Source of the DNA: Octopus sinensis
Taxonomy: Eukaryota
NCBI RefSeq assembly: GCF_006345805.1
Contig: NC_043000.1
Location: forward strand, 145,762,001 to 145,826,000
Direction: 5' to 3'
Length of the DNA: 64,000 bases
Part shown: positions 41,313 through 55,465 of the stretch, piece after piece
Numbering within the stretch: the first letter of the stretch is position 1
How the letters are laid out: every line of letters starts with the position of its first letter
Made by a program: the position numbers and the translations under genes
Notes under the pieces: model-generated
What the model saw: only the letters and a program-made list of their open reading frames with translations
The model's database searches: none
What the model was told of the DNA's origin: nothing

Positions 41313-41397
41313 TCATACATACATACATACATACATACATACATACATACATACATACATACATACATACATAAATACATACATACGCACATACATG

Positions 41398-41608
41398 TAC
41401 GAGGGGGTGCTGAAAAGTTTTAGCTTTGGATAAAAGAAAATACAGGATGATCAGTTAATTATTATTTTACTCAACATATTCCCCTCCCATATTCACATAC
41501 TTCAGTAAATTCTTCGGGTTTTCTAAATTCTGTAAAATATCTCGGAAGGCTGCGTCATCAACCGGACCTTTCGCGATACCCCTGAGGTACTTTTCAGCAG
41601 CCTCCGTA
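41398..41608. mobile_element. Mariner-derived MITE
   Basis: TIRs tacgagggggtgctgaaaagt / acttttcagcagcctccgta with TA ends. Confidence 0.8.
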
Positions 41609-43210
41609 TGTATATCTGTAACGTTTACTTGTGAGAAATAAACAGTTTCGACCCAGTCATCTACGAGACTGATATATCCTAATCTGTCGAAGATAGCGTG
41701 ACGATTTCAAGCTCTAGAAATATATTGTTATATAGGAAAACGAATAATATTTTGTCCTATATAATTTCCTAAATCACTTATAATTTAGTTCAGGCCAGAA
41801 TCCTAAACTACTACACGTACATTAGTACACACATACAAACAAACACCAATTCATATTTATAGACACTCACACACACACACACAAACGCACACACACACAC
41901 ACGCATATACATATATATATGCACAGGTTTTAAGATAAATGCATATTAACTCACATATTTTTGCGTGTATGTTTGTGTGCGTGTGTGTGTGTATGTGTGT
42001 GTGTGTGCGCGTGTAGTCAACTAAGTTAAAGGCTTCGCTAAATGCAAGATAAATAAACTTTAAAATATCATCAAAGTGACTTAAACGCCCTCAGCTAGTC
42101 TCTGCCTGGACGAAGGCCATACCGTTTTAATTTAAGAGGCTGTTATCTTCAAGGAAGCCAGTAAGTCTTCATCTCAACATCCTAAGACACGTTTCTTAAT
42201 AGTTAGCGATAATCAATCAACTAGTTCTAGAACATCAACGTCTCAAAAGACCAATTTAAGTTTCATGTTTTGAGTCGTAGTCACAACAGGTAACCATACT
42301 GAAGGAGTTTTAGCTTTGTTATTCGCGGGTCATTCTTTCATTAAATATATGGATTGATACTGTAATAGGTTAACTCTTAAAATTCTACCAACAAATCAAG
42401 TATAATATATCTTCATGGATCTTCAAACCATACCATAATCTGTATCTCGTTCGATTATTTATGTTACTGGTATACGATGAGATTTAAAGAATATGGAAAA
42501 TCGCTATTACCATGGTAACATTAAAATAAGGTACCTGAAATTTATATTGAACGTCAGTTACATGTTTCTAACATTGTGATGAACTGAAAGTAAGACTTTA
42601 CATGTTTATGAAACTCAGAACTGAAGGTAAATCCGAAAACAAAGTGCTTCTGTGCGTATTTTCTTAAATACCGTAGTATTTCTTTATTTGGTTGCACATA
42701 CAGTTCTATATAAATGTTACACTGTAAGCGGCAAAACACTCATCTATACAGATAGTCGATCTGATCGTACATAGTTATACCTACGGCTGTGCATGATGCC
42801 TTGAAAAATACATACATAATTTAACATCATGGATATTAGATACGAGTCTTAAATAATTTCGTTTATGATTCTCAGATAGGAATATATATCAGATAAATCG
42901 ATTCTGTACTTTTATCTATATGTGTTAAACATCTGTTGAATTTCGTTGGTGTATAATCGCGTTAAGTTAAAACCTGTTCCCGTCTGCCCATTTTATTCCT
43001 TTTCACTGTAAATACAGAGTATTTCAACATTGTATCTACGACGTGAGTCGTACCTTTTATCTAAACATTATTCTTTTCGATTAACATCTGTATTTGCAGT
43101 TTTGGTCATGAAATGTTTTTCCATGTTACCATTTACTGACATCACATGCGTACTACAAAATCTGCTTGAAAATAATTCATGTGAGAATTACAGTTTTAAC
43201 AAATGTTAAC

Positions 43211-43622
43211 TTTTACTCTTTTACTCTTTTACTTGTTTCAGTCATTTGACTGCGGCCATGCTGGAGCACCGCCTTTAATCGACCAACTCGACCCCGGGAC
43301 GTATTCTTTTTGTAAGCCCAGTACTTATTCAATCGGTCTCTTTTGCCGAACCGCTAAGTAACGGGGACATAAACACACCAGCATCGGTTGTCAAGCAATG
43401 CTAGGGGAACAAACACAGACACACAAACACACACATGTATATATATATATACATATATACGATAGGCTTCTTTCAGTTTCCGTCTACGAAATCCACTCAC
43501 AAGGCTTTAGTCGGCCCGAGGCTATAGTAGAAGACACTTGCTCAAGGTGCCACGTAGTGGGACTGAACCCGGAACCATGTGGTTGGTAAACAAGCTACTT
43601 ACCACACAGCCACTCCTGCGCC
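43211..43622 (-). mobile_element. tRNA-derived SINE, family A
   Basis: Reverse complement of the family A sequence. Confidence 0.92.
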
Positions 43623-46600
43623 TATTATAACTGTTGGTATTTTGCAACTCCGTATCTGAAAACCACCATCGCAATTTGTCAAAATGTATTATGAAGCCTG
43701 CACGATGTTTTGTCATACGATCTGAAAACGATGGAATATTATATTGTTGTTGTCGAGATTACCGTTGGATATTATCAAGCTTCATTAGAGTGCAGTGGTA
43801 ATGAAATGAAACGTAACGCTATTGAAAACTATATATTTTTTACATCATGACCATTATAAAAAAGATATCTATGGATAGTAAATGAACATGTGCAGAATAT
43901 ACATGTCGATGGATTCCCATTAGAGTCTATATTTTAACGTTGATCTTACTAACTGCGATAGGAAAACATAAATGTCTGTCAGCGAAGAAGGGCAATAAAA
44001 ATTGTGAATCGTTTCCTCAATTACTATACCCTTCATCGAATGTTTACAGTCTGTAGAATTTGATTAGCTTTATGAATCATTCAAACGTTGACCTTTTCAG
44101 AGCGACGGAGCTTGAGAACTGGTCACCGAAATTGAAAGATTGTGCAGTTTTATTTCAGTTGCCCTGCATGCAATATTAAAATGTAAGTAAATGCCATTGC
44201 TTTACCACAGAATGCTATTATTAAGCATATCAAATTAATATATAAGACTTTTCCTTGTGTTAGCAGCATATTTTGATCATTCTTAGAAAACATTGTATCT
44301 ACAAGCATGTTTGGAGACCAAATTTCTTAAAATATTTTGCATGATTCCGTTTTTCTAAGAAAACTGTGTTTCAAACAAGAAATCTCCTTATATCAGCTTG
44401 ATCAGGAGCCATATTTCCATAATATTCTTTAGTATAGTAGGACATACAAAACATGTATGGTCATGAATCAGATAAATATTATTTAGTTTCTTCCGTTATA
44501 TCTGCTTTTTTGATATTGCATTAATATTCCATCTTCGTTTCGTTTCCATTTGTTTATTATACTTATGAAATAATCATTCAGTATGTATAAATGACAAACA
44601 AATATACAAATATAGAATACAAAGAACAAAAACAACCGAATGTTGATGTTGGAAATTGGTTTGAGTTGGATATAAATATTGAGAAAAAGAACACCTTTAG
44701 GCATCGCACTAAAACATTTGATTTCAAGTGATGAAGAAGGGGGAGGATTTTGAAAAGCTGTTTCCATATTGATTCGTCTGGAAACTCCTACGAATAGATT
44801 GCCGTTGCTTTGGGGATTGAACGAAATATAATAATCAAACCAAAAAAAAAAAAGATAAATAAAATAAAATCATAAAATAAATATTCAAATACAACAACTG
44901 AACACATGTAAAACAAAATGATTTGTTCGTTATATTCAACGTAATTGTTATGCGTTGTTTGTAATCAAGTAATTTGTTCACAGAGACCAGACCTACAGAA
45001 ATAAACGCCTTCAGGGGAGATTTCTGCTAGAATCAAGTAAATTACTTGCTTCTGCTTTTAATTAAGCCTGGTCTATGAGACTATTCAATCAGTCATAACA
45101 TTCATAGGGATCAAACGTCTAGTTCAAATAATAAATTTGTATATTAGTTTCCGTTGAGGTTTTCACGTTTATGTTTGATGTTTGACATTATGTCTACGTT
45201 CTTTTGTTTTTATTTTTGTTTTGTATTCTTATATTTATTGTCCATTCATTTGGTGCGATCAATAATCAAATGCTTTGTTGCATAAAATTACATATACTCT
45301 CCCCATTTACCCCATCCTTTGCAGTACTCTCGCTTTCTCATCGTTACACATCATCCTCCAACACATTCACTTTTATACCGCAATTAATATATCACTCACT
45401 GTATCTAATTCTTGGTCTATTCTTTTTCATTTTCATTCTCCCAGTTTTTTCTTGATTATTAATATTCTCAATGTTTACTTCCATTGTGTCACTCCCCACC
45501 AAATCTTCCTTTCCCTAAATGAAGTTTATTTTATAAATGCTTTTGTTCCAATTTTATTAATTAAATTTTATTCATCAACGTGATGTACCAGCTTGTTTGT
45601 GTGCATATGTAGACGATATAAAACAACAGTGTTGGAGTAAAGTGTTCAAAACTTATCACAGATATTACAGTGCATAAGGCATTAGTGTTAATATTTATGT
45701 CATTCTGGTTTACACTGTATTATTCTCCACTAATTCCTACTTGTTGTTCAAATTTTCAATTCTATACAGTTTATCTGAGAATATAAACCTCGTTAGGAAT
45801 ATAAGAACTTCAGAACACGGATTAAATCTAAGATCATGAACTGATACCTGCAATTAAGGGAGTAAAAATACAGAGCAGATTCGTTAAATCAGTATTCAGT
45901 AGATTACTGGCATTCAAGAAAAAAAAACGTGCTAATAACAACAGCAATAACCTCTAAGAAACACGACGGAATTGTGAAACTGAAGTCCTCTTGTTCCGTA
46001 TAACATGCTTCGAAGTGCAGTGAAACAACTGTGCTACAGACATACAGAAGACAGATTGTAGCACCAGTGATTGTCTAGAACATTCGGTCGAGTATAATAA
46101 AAAATGAGATATTCAGATACGTTGGGTTAAATCATATCAGAATTAGATTCCTTCAACTCGCCTACATGATTAAACATCTGGAGTAATTACAGATAAAGTA
46201 TATGTTCAGAACTAAAGGCAGAACTGTGCCAACTCTGCCAAGAGAGAATACTAACGCAAAAACAACTATATCAATGCCACCAGTAACGTGACATATTATT
46301 ATCAAATATTTTCAACAGCAACGACTGTATAACCTCGACATTAAAAAGGAAGCAAAAATTACAAGACTATGTAATTATAGTTTTAAAAATATATATTGAA
46401 TTAATCTGAACGTACAATAATAGTTTTATCATATTGACACAAATAATTCAGTGACTAATTAGTAATACTAAAACTCAAACACGGAAATGTATAGAATTCC
46501 ATATGTATGTGCGTTTATTCATATACATATATGTATATGGGTATATATGTGTGTGCGCGTGAGCGCGTGTGCGCGCGAGCGTGTTGCCTGAATGTACATA

Positions 46601-47017
46601 TATACGCACATACACGCATTCATATACATATGATATATATATATGTATATATGATATATATTTATAAATAAAGATAATATCGATATTATCAAGTGGCCAG
46701 TATGGTATGGTATGTACATATATACGCACATACACGCATTCATATACATATGATATATATATATATATATATATGATATATATATTATATATATATATAA
46801 TATATAATATATATATATATTATAATATGTATATGAATGCGTGTATGTGCGTTATATGTACATACCATACCATACTGGCCACTTGATAATATGGTGGAAA
46901 GGGGAGAACAGAGATTCTTCGCTTGCTTATTTTGAATTGTTGGCACTGTTAGTTGGGAGCAGATCTTCGAAAGGGTATGTTCTTATTTTCAGTGTTTCCA
47001 AATCCAAACCAAGGAAT

Positions 47018-47074
47018 TTCCGAGCCGATGATAGAAATGTTGTTTTGACTAATCTTGAAACGTACGTTCTCGAA
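47018..47074 (+). ncRNA. Hammerhead ribozyme motif, array 1 copy 1
   Basis: ttccgag-CCGATGA-taga...tctt-GAAA-cgtacg-TT-ctcgaa; palindromic stem III, GUU site after 47068; stem II weak. Confidence 0.65.
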
Positions 47075-47563
47075 TAACCTTAGCATTTGATTTTTCGATG
47101 TCCTTACCCCCAAACTTTTGTGAGTTGAATTATGCAAACACTATATATGAGAGAGATTTTCTTTAAGTATTAGAAATAGCCTTAAAAAAGTTTTTTAGCT
47201 GCTATTTCTAATGAGTTCAGTATGCGGCAAAGTAATTTATTTTACTAAGCCCTTTTATATAATGTAATAATTTGAATTCGCCTTGAATGGTCCCTTTGCA
47301 TACTGAACACTTGGTGAAATTGATTAATAATTAATTAATTTTGCCCTCAATTGTTGAAATTATAATTAATCTCCCTCTGATTAATACTTCGGATTTTACC
47401 GAAATAAGCATAGAGTTTGATGATTTTAACCCACGCTGGTGGAAAGGGGAGAACAGAGATTCTTCGCTTGCTTATTTTGAATTTGTTGGCACTGTTAGTT
47501 GGGAGCAGATCTTCGAAAGGGTATGTTCTTATTTTCAGTGTTTCCAAATCCAAACCAAGGAAT

Positions 47564-47620
47564 TTCCGAGCCGATGATAGAAAAGTGTTTTTGACTAATC
47601 TTGAAACGTACGTTCTCGAA
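47564..47620 (+). ncRNA. Hammerhead ribozyme motif, array 1 copy 2
   Basis: Same core and stems as copy 1. Confidence 0.65.
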
Positions 47621-48103
47621 TAACCTTAGCATTTGATTTTTCGATGTCCTTACCCCCAAACTTTTGTGAGTTGAATTATGCAAACACTATATATGAGAGA
47701 GATTTTCTTTAAGTATTAGAAATAGCCTTAAAAAAGTTTTTTAGCTGCTATTTCTAATGAGTTCAGTATGCGGCAAAGTAATTTATTTTACTAAGCCCTT
47801 TTATATATGTAATAATTTGAATTCGCCTTGAATGGTCCCTTGCATACTGAACACTTGGTGAAATTGATTAATAATTAATTAATTTGGCCCTCAATTGTTG
47901 AAATTAAATTAATCTCCCTCTGATTAATACTTCGGATTTTACCGAATAAGCATAGAGTTTGATGATTTTAACCCACGCTGGTGGAAAGGGGAGAACAGAG
48001 ATTCTTCGCTTGCTTATTTTGAATTTGTTGGCACTGTTAGTTGGGAGCAGATCTTCGAAAGGGATGTTCTTATTTTCAGTGTTCCAAATCCAAACCAAGG
48101 AAT

Positions 48104-48160
48104 TTCCGAGCCGATGATAGAAATGTTGTTTTGACTAATCTTGAAACGTACGTTCTCGAA
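48104..48160 (+). ncRNA. Hammerhead ribozyme motif, array 1 copy 3
   Basis: Same core and stems as copy 1. Confidence 0.65.
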
Positions 48161-48441
48161 TAACCTTAGCATTTGATTTTTCGATGTCCTTACCCCCAAA
48201 CTTTTGTGAGTTGAATTATGCAAACACTATATATGAGAGAGATTTTCTTTAAGTATTAGAAATAGCCTTAAAAAAGTTTTTTAGCTGCTATTTCTAATGA
48301 GTTCAGTATGCGGCAAAGTATTTATTTTACTAAGCCCTTTTATATAATGTAATAATTTGAATTCGCCTTGAATGGTCCCTTTGCATACTGAACACTTGGT
48401 GAAATTGATTAATAATTAATTAATTTTGCCCTCAATTGTTG

Positions 48442-48503
<62 letters not shown>

Positions 48504-48577
48504 AATAAGGATAATATCGATATTTAAATATTGATATTATCAAGTGCCACATGGTATGGTATATATGATATATATAT

Positions 48578-48619
<42 letters not shown>

Positions 48620-48623
<4 letters not shown>

Positions 48624-49009
48624 TGTGTGGTAAGTAGCTTGCTAACCAACCACATGGTTCTGGGTTCAGTCCCACTGCGTGGCACCTTGGGCAAGTGTCT
48701 TCTGCTATAGCCCCGGGCCGACCAATGCCTTGTGAGTGGATTTGGTAGACGGAAACTGAAAGAAGCCTGTCGTATATATGTATATATATATGTGTGTGTA
48801 TATGTTTGTGTGTGTGTGTTTGTCCCCCTAGCATTGCTTGACAACCGATGCTGGTGTGTTTACGTCCCCGTCACTTAGTGGTTCGGCAAAAGGGACCGAT
48901 AGAATAAGTACTGGGCTTACGAAGAATAAGTCCCGGGGTCGATTTGCTCGACTAAAGGCGGTGCTCCAGCATGGCCGCATTCAAATGACTGAAACAAGTA
49001 AAAGAGTAA
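48620..49009 (+). mobile_element. tRNA-derived SINE, family A
   Basis: Match to family A, missing the first ~10 nt. Confidence 0.92.
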
Positions 49010-49019
49010 TATATATATA

Positions 49020-50379
49020 TAGTCCCTTGCAGGTGCTAGACGCAATTTTACTTCATTCTCTCTCAGTTTTTTGGTTCGAATGCGCTTTATTGTTAATTTT
49101 TGTGCAGCTGATGTTTCACCAAGTGTTCCCCATAGGTTGTTCGATCGAATTTAGTTCGGGACGTTGCGCTGGCCATTCCATGTGAACAATATTCTGTGCC
49201 TCAAACTATTAACTAATATTCTTTGCTGCATGACATGGAGCGTTGTCCTGTTAAAAGATAACACTATTTTTCGACACTCCTGGATGCAATTTAGCAACTG
49301 TTGGCTCTAGAACACCCGATAACATAGAAATATAGGTAACTGAATTCACCCTTCCCTGACATAAAATCCTTCCTCCGGGCCCTGTGGCAGACATGCAGGC
49401 CCACACCATGATAGAACAACCCTCATGTTTTACGGTTGATACTAGACATCATGTCTTAAATACTTCCTCAGCTCTGCGACACACGAAAGTTGCACCAGAT
49501 GTACCGAAAACCTGAGTTAAAGCAAGAAAAATAATATAGCTTTATGCTCGATACTTTTTTTAATATATTTTGGGTAACAAACCAGTTACATTCAGTTTAT
49601 ATGTTGATCGAATACATGTTCTATCATACCTCATAGTTACTATTATCAAACCATATGGCTTTCGACCATTGCTCACTGGTACAATTTGGCCCATTGAAGA
49701 CGTTTTTCCATATTCGCTTCAGAAACCCATGACTTCTTCCTGGTTTTACAGCTTTTCATACCGTAATCTACAAGCCTTCTTCTAACAGTTTTGGTTGATA
49801 TTTGTGAAGTACTTGCCTCGTTGAAATCCGCACAGAGCTCCGACAATGTTTTTCTCCTGTTTCTGAGCGACCGACGGATGATGGACCTATCATCACCGAG
49901 GTGATGTAACCTTTTTTCTACATGTTTTCTGTATCGTCTTCACATCTTATGTCTCTCTGAATCGCTTGAGAGTAGTTTGAACCGCACATCGAGAGCAGTT
50001 CATCTTCTGAGCAATTTGCCATTGAGAAATTCCATCTTCACGATGAGCTACGATTGACCTCGCTAACACTCACTCAACTCCCTTGTTTTAGACATTTTAC
50101 TGTTTATTACCTGTATCTACAACGTATTTAAGCATAAAGCTCTGAAATAATCAAGGAAACAAAAGTTAATTTTGGACGTTGGTCTTACTCGTAATTTGTT
50201 GTATATGTAAAGTACAGTATAAAAGCGTTAATTGATGCGAAAGGAGGGTCAACCAGGTATTAAAACTAATGTACATTGTGAAATATACCATAATCTACCA
50301 TGTGCACGAATTTCATTCATATTGAGATAGAAGAACCCTAAAACATTGGGGTGGCCTTATACTTTTGGCCAAGAGTGTA
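49020..50379 (-). mobile_element. Decayed Tc1-like transposon
   Basis: Minus-strand translation QDNAPCHAAK and EWPAQRPELNSIE (WPAQSPDLNPIE-like); terminus tacactcttggccaaaagtataaggccacc. Confidence 0.8.
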
Positions 50380-50382
50380 TGG

Positions 50383-50427
<45 letters not shown>

Positions 50428-50474
50428 TGTGTGTGTGTGTATGTGTGTGTGCGTGCGTGCGTGTGTATTATATA

Positions 50475-51873
50475 CACAGTGTGTAAGATATTTGAGGACA
50501 GATTTGTTTATAATGAAAACACATATAATAACTGATAATAACGTTATTTATCAAAAACTACTATGGGGATAAAAATAACCCTTCTTTCCTATAATGTTAT
50601 TCAATAAAGCAATCTTCAGCTTCAATAATTGCTTCTATACGAGATCTAAATCATCTACATGCTCGAATCAAGTGGTCCTGGTTCATTTTCGACATTATTA
50701 TGACTGTGTCAGCTTTCAAGGAATCTTTGGTGTTATGGGCAAGTTCATTGACCTCTCTCTCTCTCTCAACAACACTCCACATGTAATAGCCCAATGGACT
50801 GAGATCTGGGCAATTAGGAGGCCAAATGTTAGGGGATATGTGATAATGAAAATTTTCATCATTCTATTCTTGTGTTACTAGTGCCCTGTGTGATAGTGCA
50901 GAGTCTTACTGAAACATATATGGCTTTCCATTGCATACACTGTCTATCCAGGGCTTAACAAATCTTTCCAGGAACTCAATGTAGGTGGCAGAGCTAACTC
51001 TGAGGCCTTGTAAAAGAAAGTAAGAAGGCATCACATGTCCTTCAATGCTAAAACCCCCTAAAACCATGACAGTTGCTTAACAAATCTTTCCAGGAACTCA
51101 ATGTAGGTGGCAGAGCTAACTCTGAGGCCTTGTAAAAGAAAGTAAGAAGGCATCACATGTCCTTCAATGCTAAAACCCCCTAAAACCATGACAGTTGCAG
51201 GAAATGTTGTATGCATAACATGTGGAACTTCAGAACAGTCTGCATATAACCACCTGTCATTTTTTTGTTAACTTTTCGATCTTCGTCGAAGTGTTTCTCG
51301 CTTGAGAAAAAACAAATCAAATCTTGTTCTGTTGGATTTTTCAGTTTGTTTAAGAGCTTTTTAGATCTGATTTTCTTTTCCTTTTTTTCTTTTGATTAAT
51401 GATTTTATTTTGTTTTTTTGTGACATAAATTGCTCATTACTCATCTTATAAGACTTATATCAGATGTCTTCGTGGACAACCTCTCTGACCCTTACTTTTG
51501 ACACATAGTAATTTTTTGCAGTTGACTTAAAGACTTCCAGTTGATTTGTAACCAATGGCCTGTTGAACTTATTAGATAAATTCAGGTGTTCTGAAGATTT
51601 CAGAGCGTTTTTAGGATGCTTTTTTATGCTTTGATAATGGTGATACATTTCCATCTTCAATCATTAACTCCTTACACACTTTGTAGACGAAAGATCTGGC
51701 AACTTTTAAAAATCAAGATATCTCTAAATCAGTATACTCAGCCTTTATAACCACAATAACAACATGCTTCTTCATTTCCTGAATAAGCTGTTATCATTTT
51801 CTGAAACAGAGATAATACAGAGTTAGCAAAACATGCTGCAATAACCAAAAAGAGGTATGTCATATGCACCCTG
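50475..51873 (-). mobile_element. Decayed maT/DD37D-like Tc1-mariner transposon
   Basis: Minus-strand translation VMHTTFPATVMVLG...EGHVMP and NIWPPNCPDLSPLGYYMWSVVE; TA-flanked cagggtg-like ends. Confidence 0.75.
50953..51198. repeat. Exact 122-bp tandem duplication inside the transposon
   Basis: gcttaacaaatctttccagg... at 50953 and 51075. Confidence 0.95.
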
Positions 51874-52565
51874 TATATATGTATGTATGTTTGTGTGTAT
51901 ATATGCATAATATATTTGCCTTTCGATATTATTAATCAAAATAAGATAGAGAGCGGACAGAAACGTTACTGCGTCATAAAAAAAACATGCTTAGCTGCTT
52001 TTCTTCTGTTCTCTACATTTTAAGTTCAAATGCCGGGGTTGTTGACTTTAGATTTCATTCTTTTAAGCTCGATAAATAAGTACTAGTTTCGCACTGGGGT
52101 CGATCTAATCAACTCGCATTTGCCGCACAATTTGCTGACCCATTGCCGAAATTGAAACCGATATTAGCTTGACAGTTGTACAGTTGATACAGCTGAAAAT
52201 GTAGAAGTTTGGATTCATCAAACAATAGAGGCTTCTTTATTTGCCCCTGGTTGTCAGTTTGTTATGAATGGAATTTTAATAATGCAAATCTTTGCATTAC
52301 TTGTCGACTCTGTGTGTGTATGTGAATATGGCTATATATGGTGTTTAATTGTGTTAATGATACAACAATTGATATTGTATACAATCAACAACTTGTATAT
52401 TGAATCAGTATATAACTGATAAACGTGCCTTATTGAAATACGCACTGGTGCCGATATATTCGAAAAATATCTCTTGAACATAGTAGCTTAGCATGACCAA
52501 ATTTTAATGTCTGAAACTCCAAAACTAGTTACATGCCTGATTATGTGCGTATCATCTGCAAAGAT

Positions 52566-52621
<56 letters not shown>

Positions 52622-52622
<1 letters not shown>

Positions 52623-53025
52623 TTTACTCTTTACTCTTTTACTTGTTTCAGTCATTTGACTGCGGCCATGCTGGAGCACCGCCTTTAATCGAGCAACTCG
52701 ACCCCGGGACTTATTCTCTGTAAGCCCAGTACTTATTCTATCGGTCTCTCTTTTGCCGAACCGCTAAGTGACGGGGACATAAACACACCAGCATCGGTTG
52801 TCAAGCAACGCTAGGGGGACAAACACAAACACACAAACACACACACATACACATACATATATACGACGGGCTTCTTTCAGTTTCCGTCTACCAAATCCAC
52901 TCACAAGGCTTTGGTCGGCCCGAGGCTATAGTAGAAGACACTTGCCCAAGGTGCCACGCAGTGGGACTGAACCCGGAACCATGGGGTTGGTAAACAAGCT
53001 ACTTACCACACAGCCACTCCTGCGC
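52622..53025 (-). mobile_element. tRNA-derived SINE, family A
   Basis: Reverse complement of the family A sequence. Confidence 0.92.
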
Positions 53026-53786
53026 TGTATGTTCTTACTTTTATATGAGAGCAGGCGTATGTGCGTATGCATCTATTTTACGTAGATATTTGCTGTTCAG
53101 TAGATTGTCAGTTAACGTCCCATTAAGAGCAATTTGCAGAGAAGTATTTTAAACATCTAGCCATTACCTTATTTCTTTACTAACAAGAAAAATTGTAAAA
53201 ACAATATCGGTTGACTAGTCAATAATCGAATAACATCTAATTGCATATCTTCGAAAAGATATTATCATAATGATGTATTCTGTACCTATTATTTTTTCTT
53301 TAATATTTTAAAGAAGAATGTATGTTAAAAAAAATGAAACATTCAACAAAAGCAATAAGATATATATACGTAAGTGCTGTTAAGAGAGGATTTCAGGAAT
53401 AGAGAGATTAGAGAGAAATGAATTTGTAAAGGATCAAAAATTAATGACGTGAAAATGAGGACACAGAAAGAAAACCGAAAAGTCATATAATCGAGGTAAT
53501 ATGAAGGCGAAAATACACCGGCTGTGGATACGGATCAGAACAAGGTTCGACAAGAGTCCAAAAGTATTTTCAATTGTAAGTCAGAGTGAATTACATGTAT
53601 ATATATATATATATATATTATATATTATATATTATATATATATATATATACATGCATATGTATATATATAAGTATACATATTTATATACATGCTCACATA
53701 AACCCACACACATATTCTTATGTGTATGTGCATGTATATCCATATATTTATATATATACATGTATATATGTATATGCATATGTATT

Positions 53787-53817
<31 letters not shown>

Positions 53818-55389
53818 ATGTATATTTCTATATATACATATCTAATATATATACCTATATAAATATATACATATATATAATATATATATTTGTATATATA
53901 TATATATATATAATATATATATATATATATACATATTTATTATACATACATATATACATATGTACATCATGTGAGAGAGAGAGAGATAGAAAGAGAGTGT
54001 TGGTGCGTACGGATTGGAGAGTGGGAGGCGAAGGAGCAGAGCAGAGTCATAGAGAGGTAATTATCACAATTGTGAGGAAGGCAAAAATTCGGGGAGAGTT
54101 TAAAAAATACTAAGGATCACAAAAGAAGGAAATGATAGGTTACGTGTTCAATGAAAAATTGTTTAAAGTAATACAGCAGATATATTAAAGTTTGACAGGG
54201 AGATATCGAAAAGTACATATTTAGAGTCATAGCAAAATTAGTAAATGCGGAGAGGCCTACCAATTACGATACAGATAATCAATAAATGAATCTATATATT
54301 TGTACTCTTCTTATTTGTTCCATTGTTTCTTTTGCCAATAATTTGTCACAAATTGTTAAGAGCCACTAATCAAGAATATGGAGCGCATTAACAGATATAA
54401 ACATACACAAACCAGTCGATATTGTGCAGTTAATTAAAATCCAAGCCAGTGATACGTTTACTGTTTCTCTTGTTACTAAAGTGGTAGTCATGTTGTTGAT
54501 CATCCTTCAACATGTCTTGTTATTTATTCATAATGTTGTCATGGGTGTAACACTTGCTGAAGCCGATATTGTGTTAATGAGGTTGCATCTATTGGCTGAG
54601 ATGTTGGTGGAAGAGGAGTTTTTCTTTATTTGTTTTATTATGCGTGTTGCATTGTTTCCCTTCTTTCATTAATCATCAGATATTTTCTGAGAAAAATGTA
54701 CGCAAATTTAAAGTGTCCAAACAACGACAATCATGGCAGACACCGACGCCTATTCTCTACGCTGTTACACTTTGATCTTTGATTAAAGCTACTATTGTGT
54801 AAGTGCGTATGTGTGTGAGAGAGGAAGTGAATGTATGTATGAAGTTATTTGTAAATATGTGTATATACATTTAATTGCATATAAATGCTCATATATACAT
54901 ATGTATATATATATATATAGAGAGAGAGAGAGAAAGAGATAGATAGATAGATAGATAGATATCATACATACACATGCACACATACACACAAACATGTATA
55001 CATACATACATATATATATAAATATAGATAGATAGATAGATACAGATATACATATATGTATACTTATATATATATGTATATATATAGAGAGATAGACATA
55101 TATAGATACAGATATACATATATGTATACTTATATATGTGTATATATATATATATATATAATATTAATTTATCTCCCTCAATTTTTAATATTTAAATAAA
55201 TACGTTCCCTAGTAGTAAGCTTTACCCGCAGTGAATTATTCACTGCAGCCCTTCGCTTCAGGAGTCTCTTAGCGCGCCGGAACCAAGACATTTGAAATTT
55301 TATTCCCGATGTAATCAGTAAGACTAAGCACGTGTCTGTCTTGACACAGAGAGCTGGGGTTAGTCTTTCAGTTTGCATCTCGAGGACCG

Positions 55390-55465
55390 AATGTACTGAA
55401 GAAGTCACGGACACTTGAATTATGCAAGTAATTCTTTTGTTAAGACCGAAACCGAGGTATGCATT
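55390..55465 (+). ncRNA. Hammerhead ribozyme motif, array 2 copy 1
   Basis: aatgta-CTGAAGA-agtc...gaattat GCAA gtaattc...gacc-GAAA-ccgagg-TA-tgcatt; 6-bp stem I, extended stem II capped by a GNRA loop, GUA site after 55459. Confidence 0.8.

Larger units (their letters stand above)
46892..48447 (+). mobile_element. Tandem array 1: about 2.9 copies of a ~545 bp HHR-containing unit (retrozyme / PLE pseudo-LTR-like)
   Basis: ggtggaaagggg at 46893, 47438 and 47980; near-identical copies; one HHR motif per unit; ends in (TA)n. Confidence 0.85.

Noticed and set aside
46841-48223. Repeated 62-78 aa ORFs in array 1 (and 76-78 aa ORFs in array 2)
   Set aside because: Short, often non-ATG starts, shifted by indels between copies in array 1, and no recognisable domain; RNA structure explains the units better.
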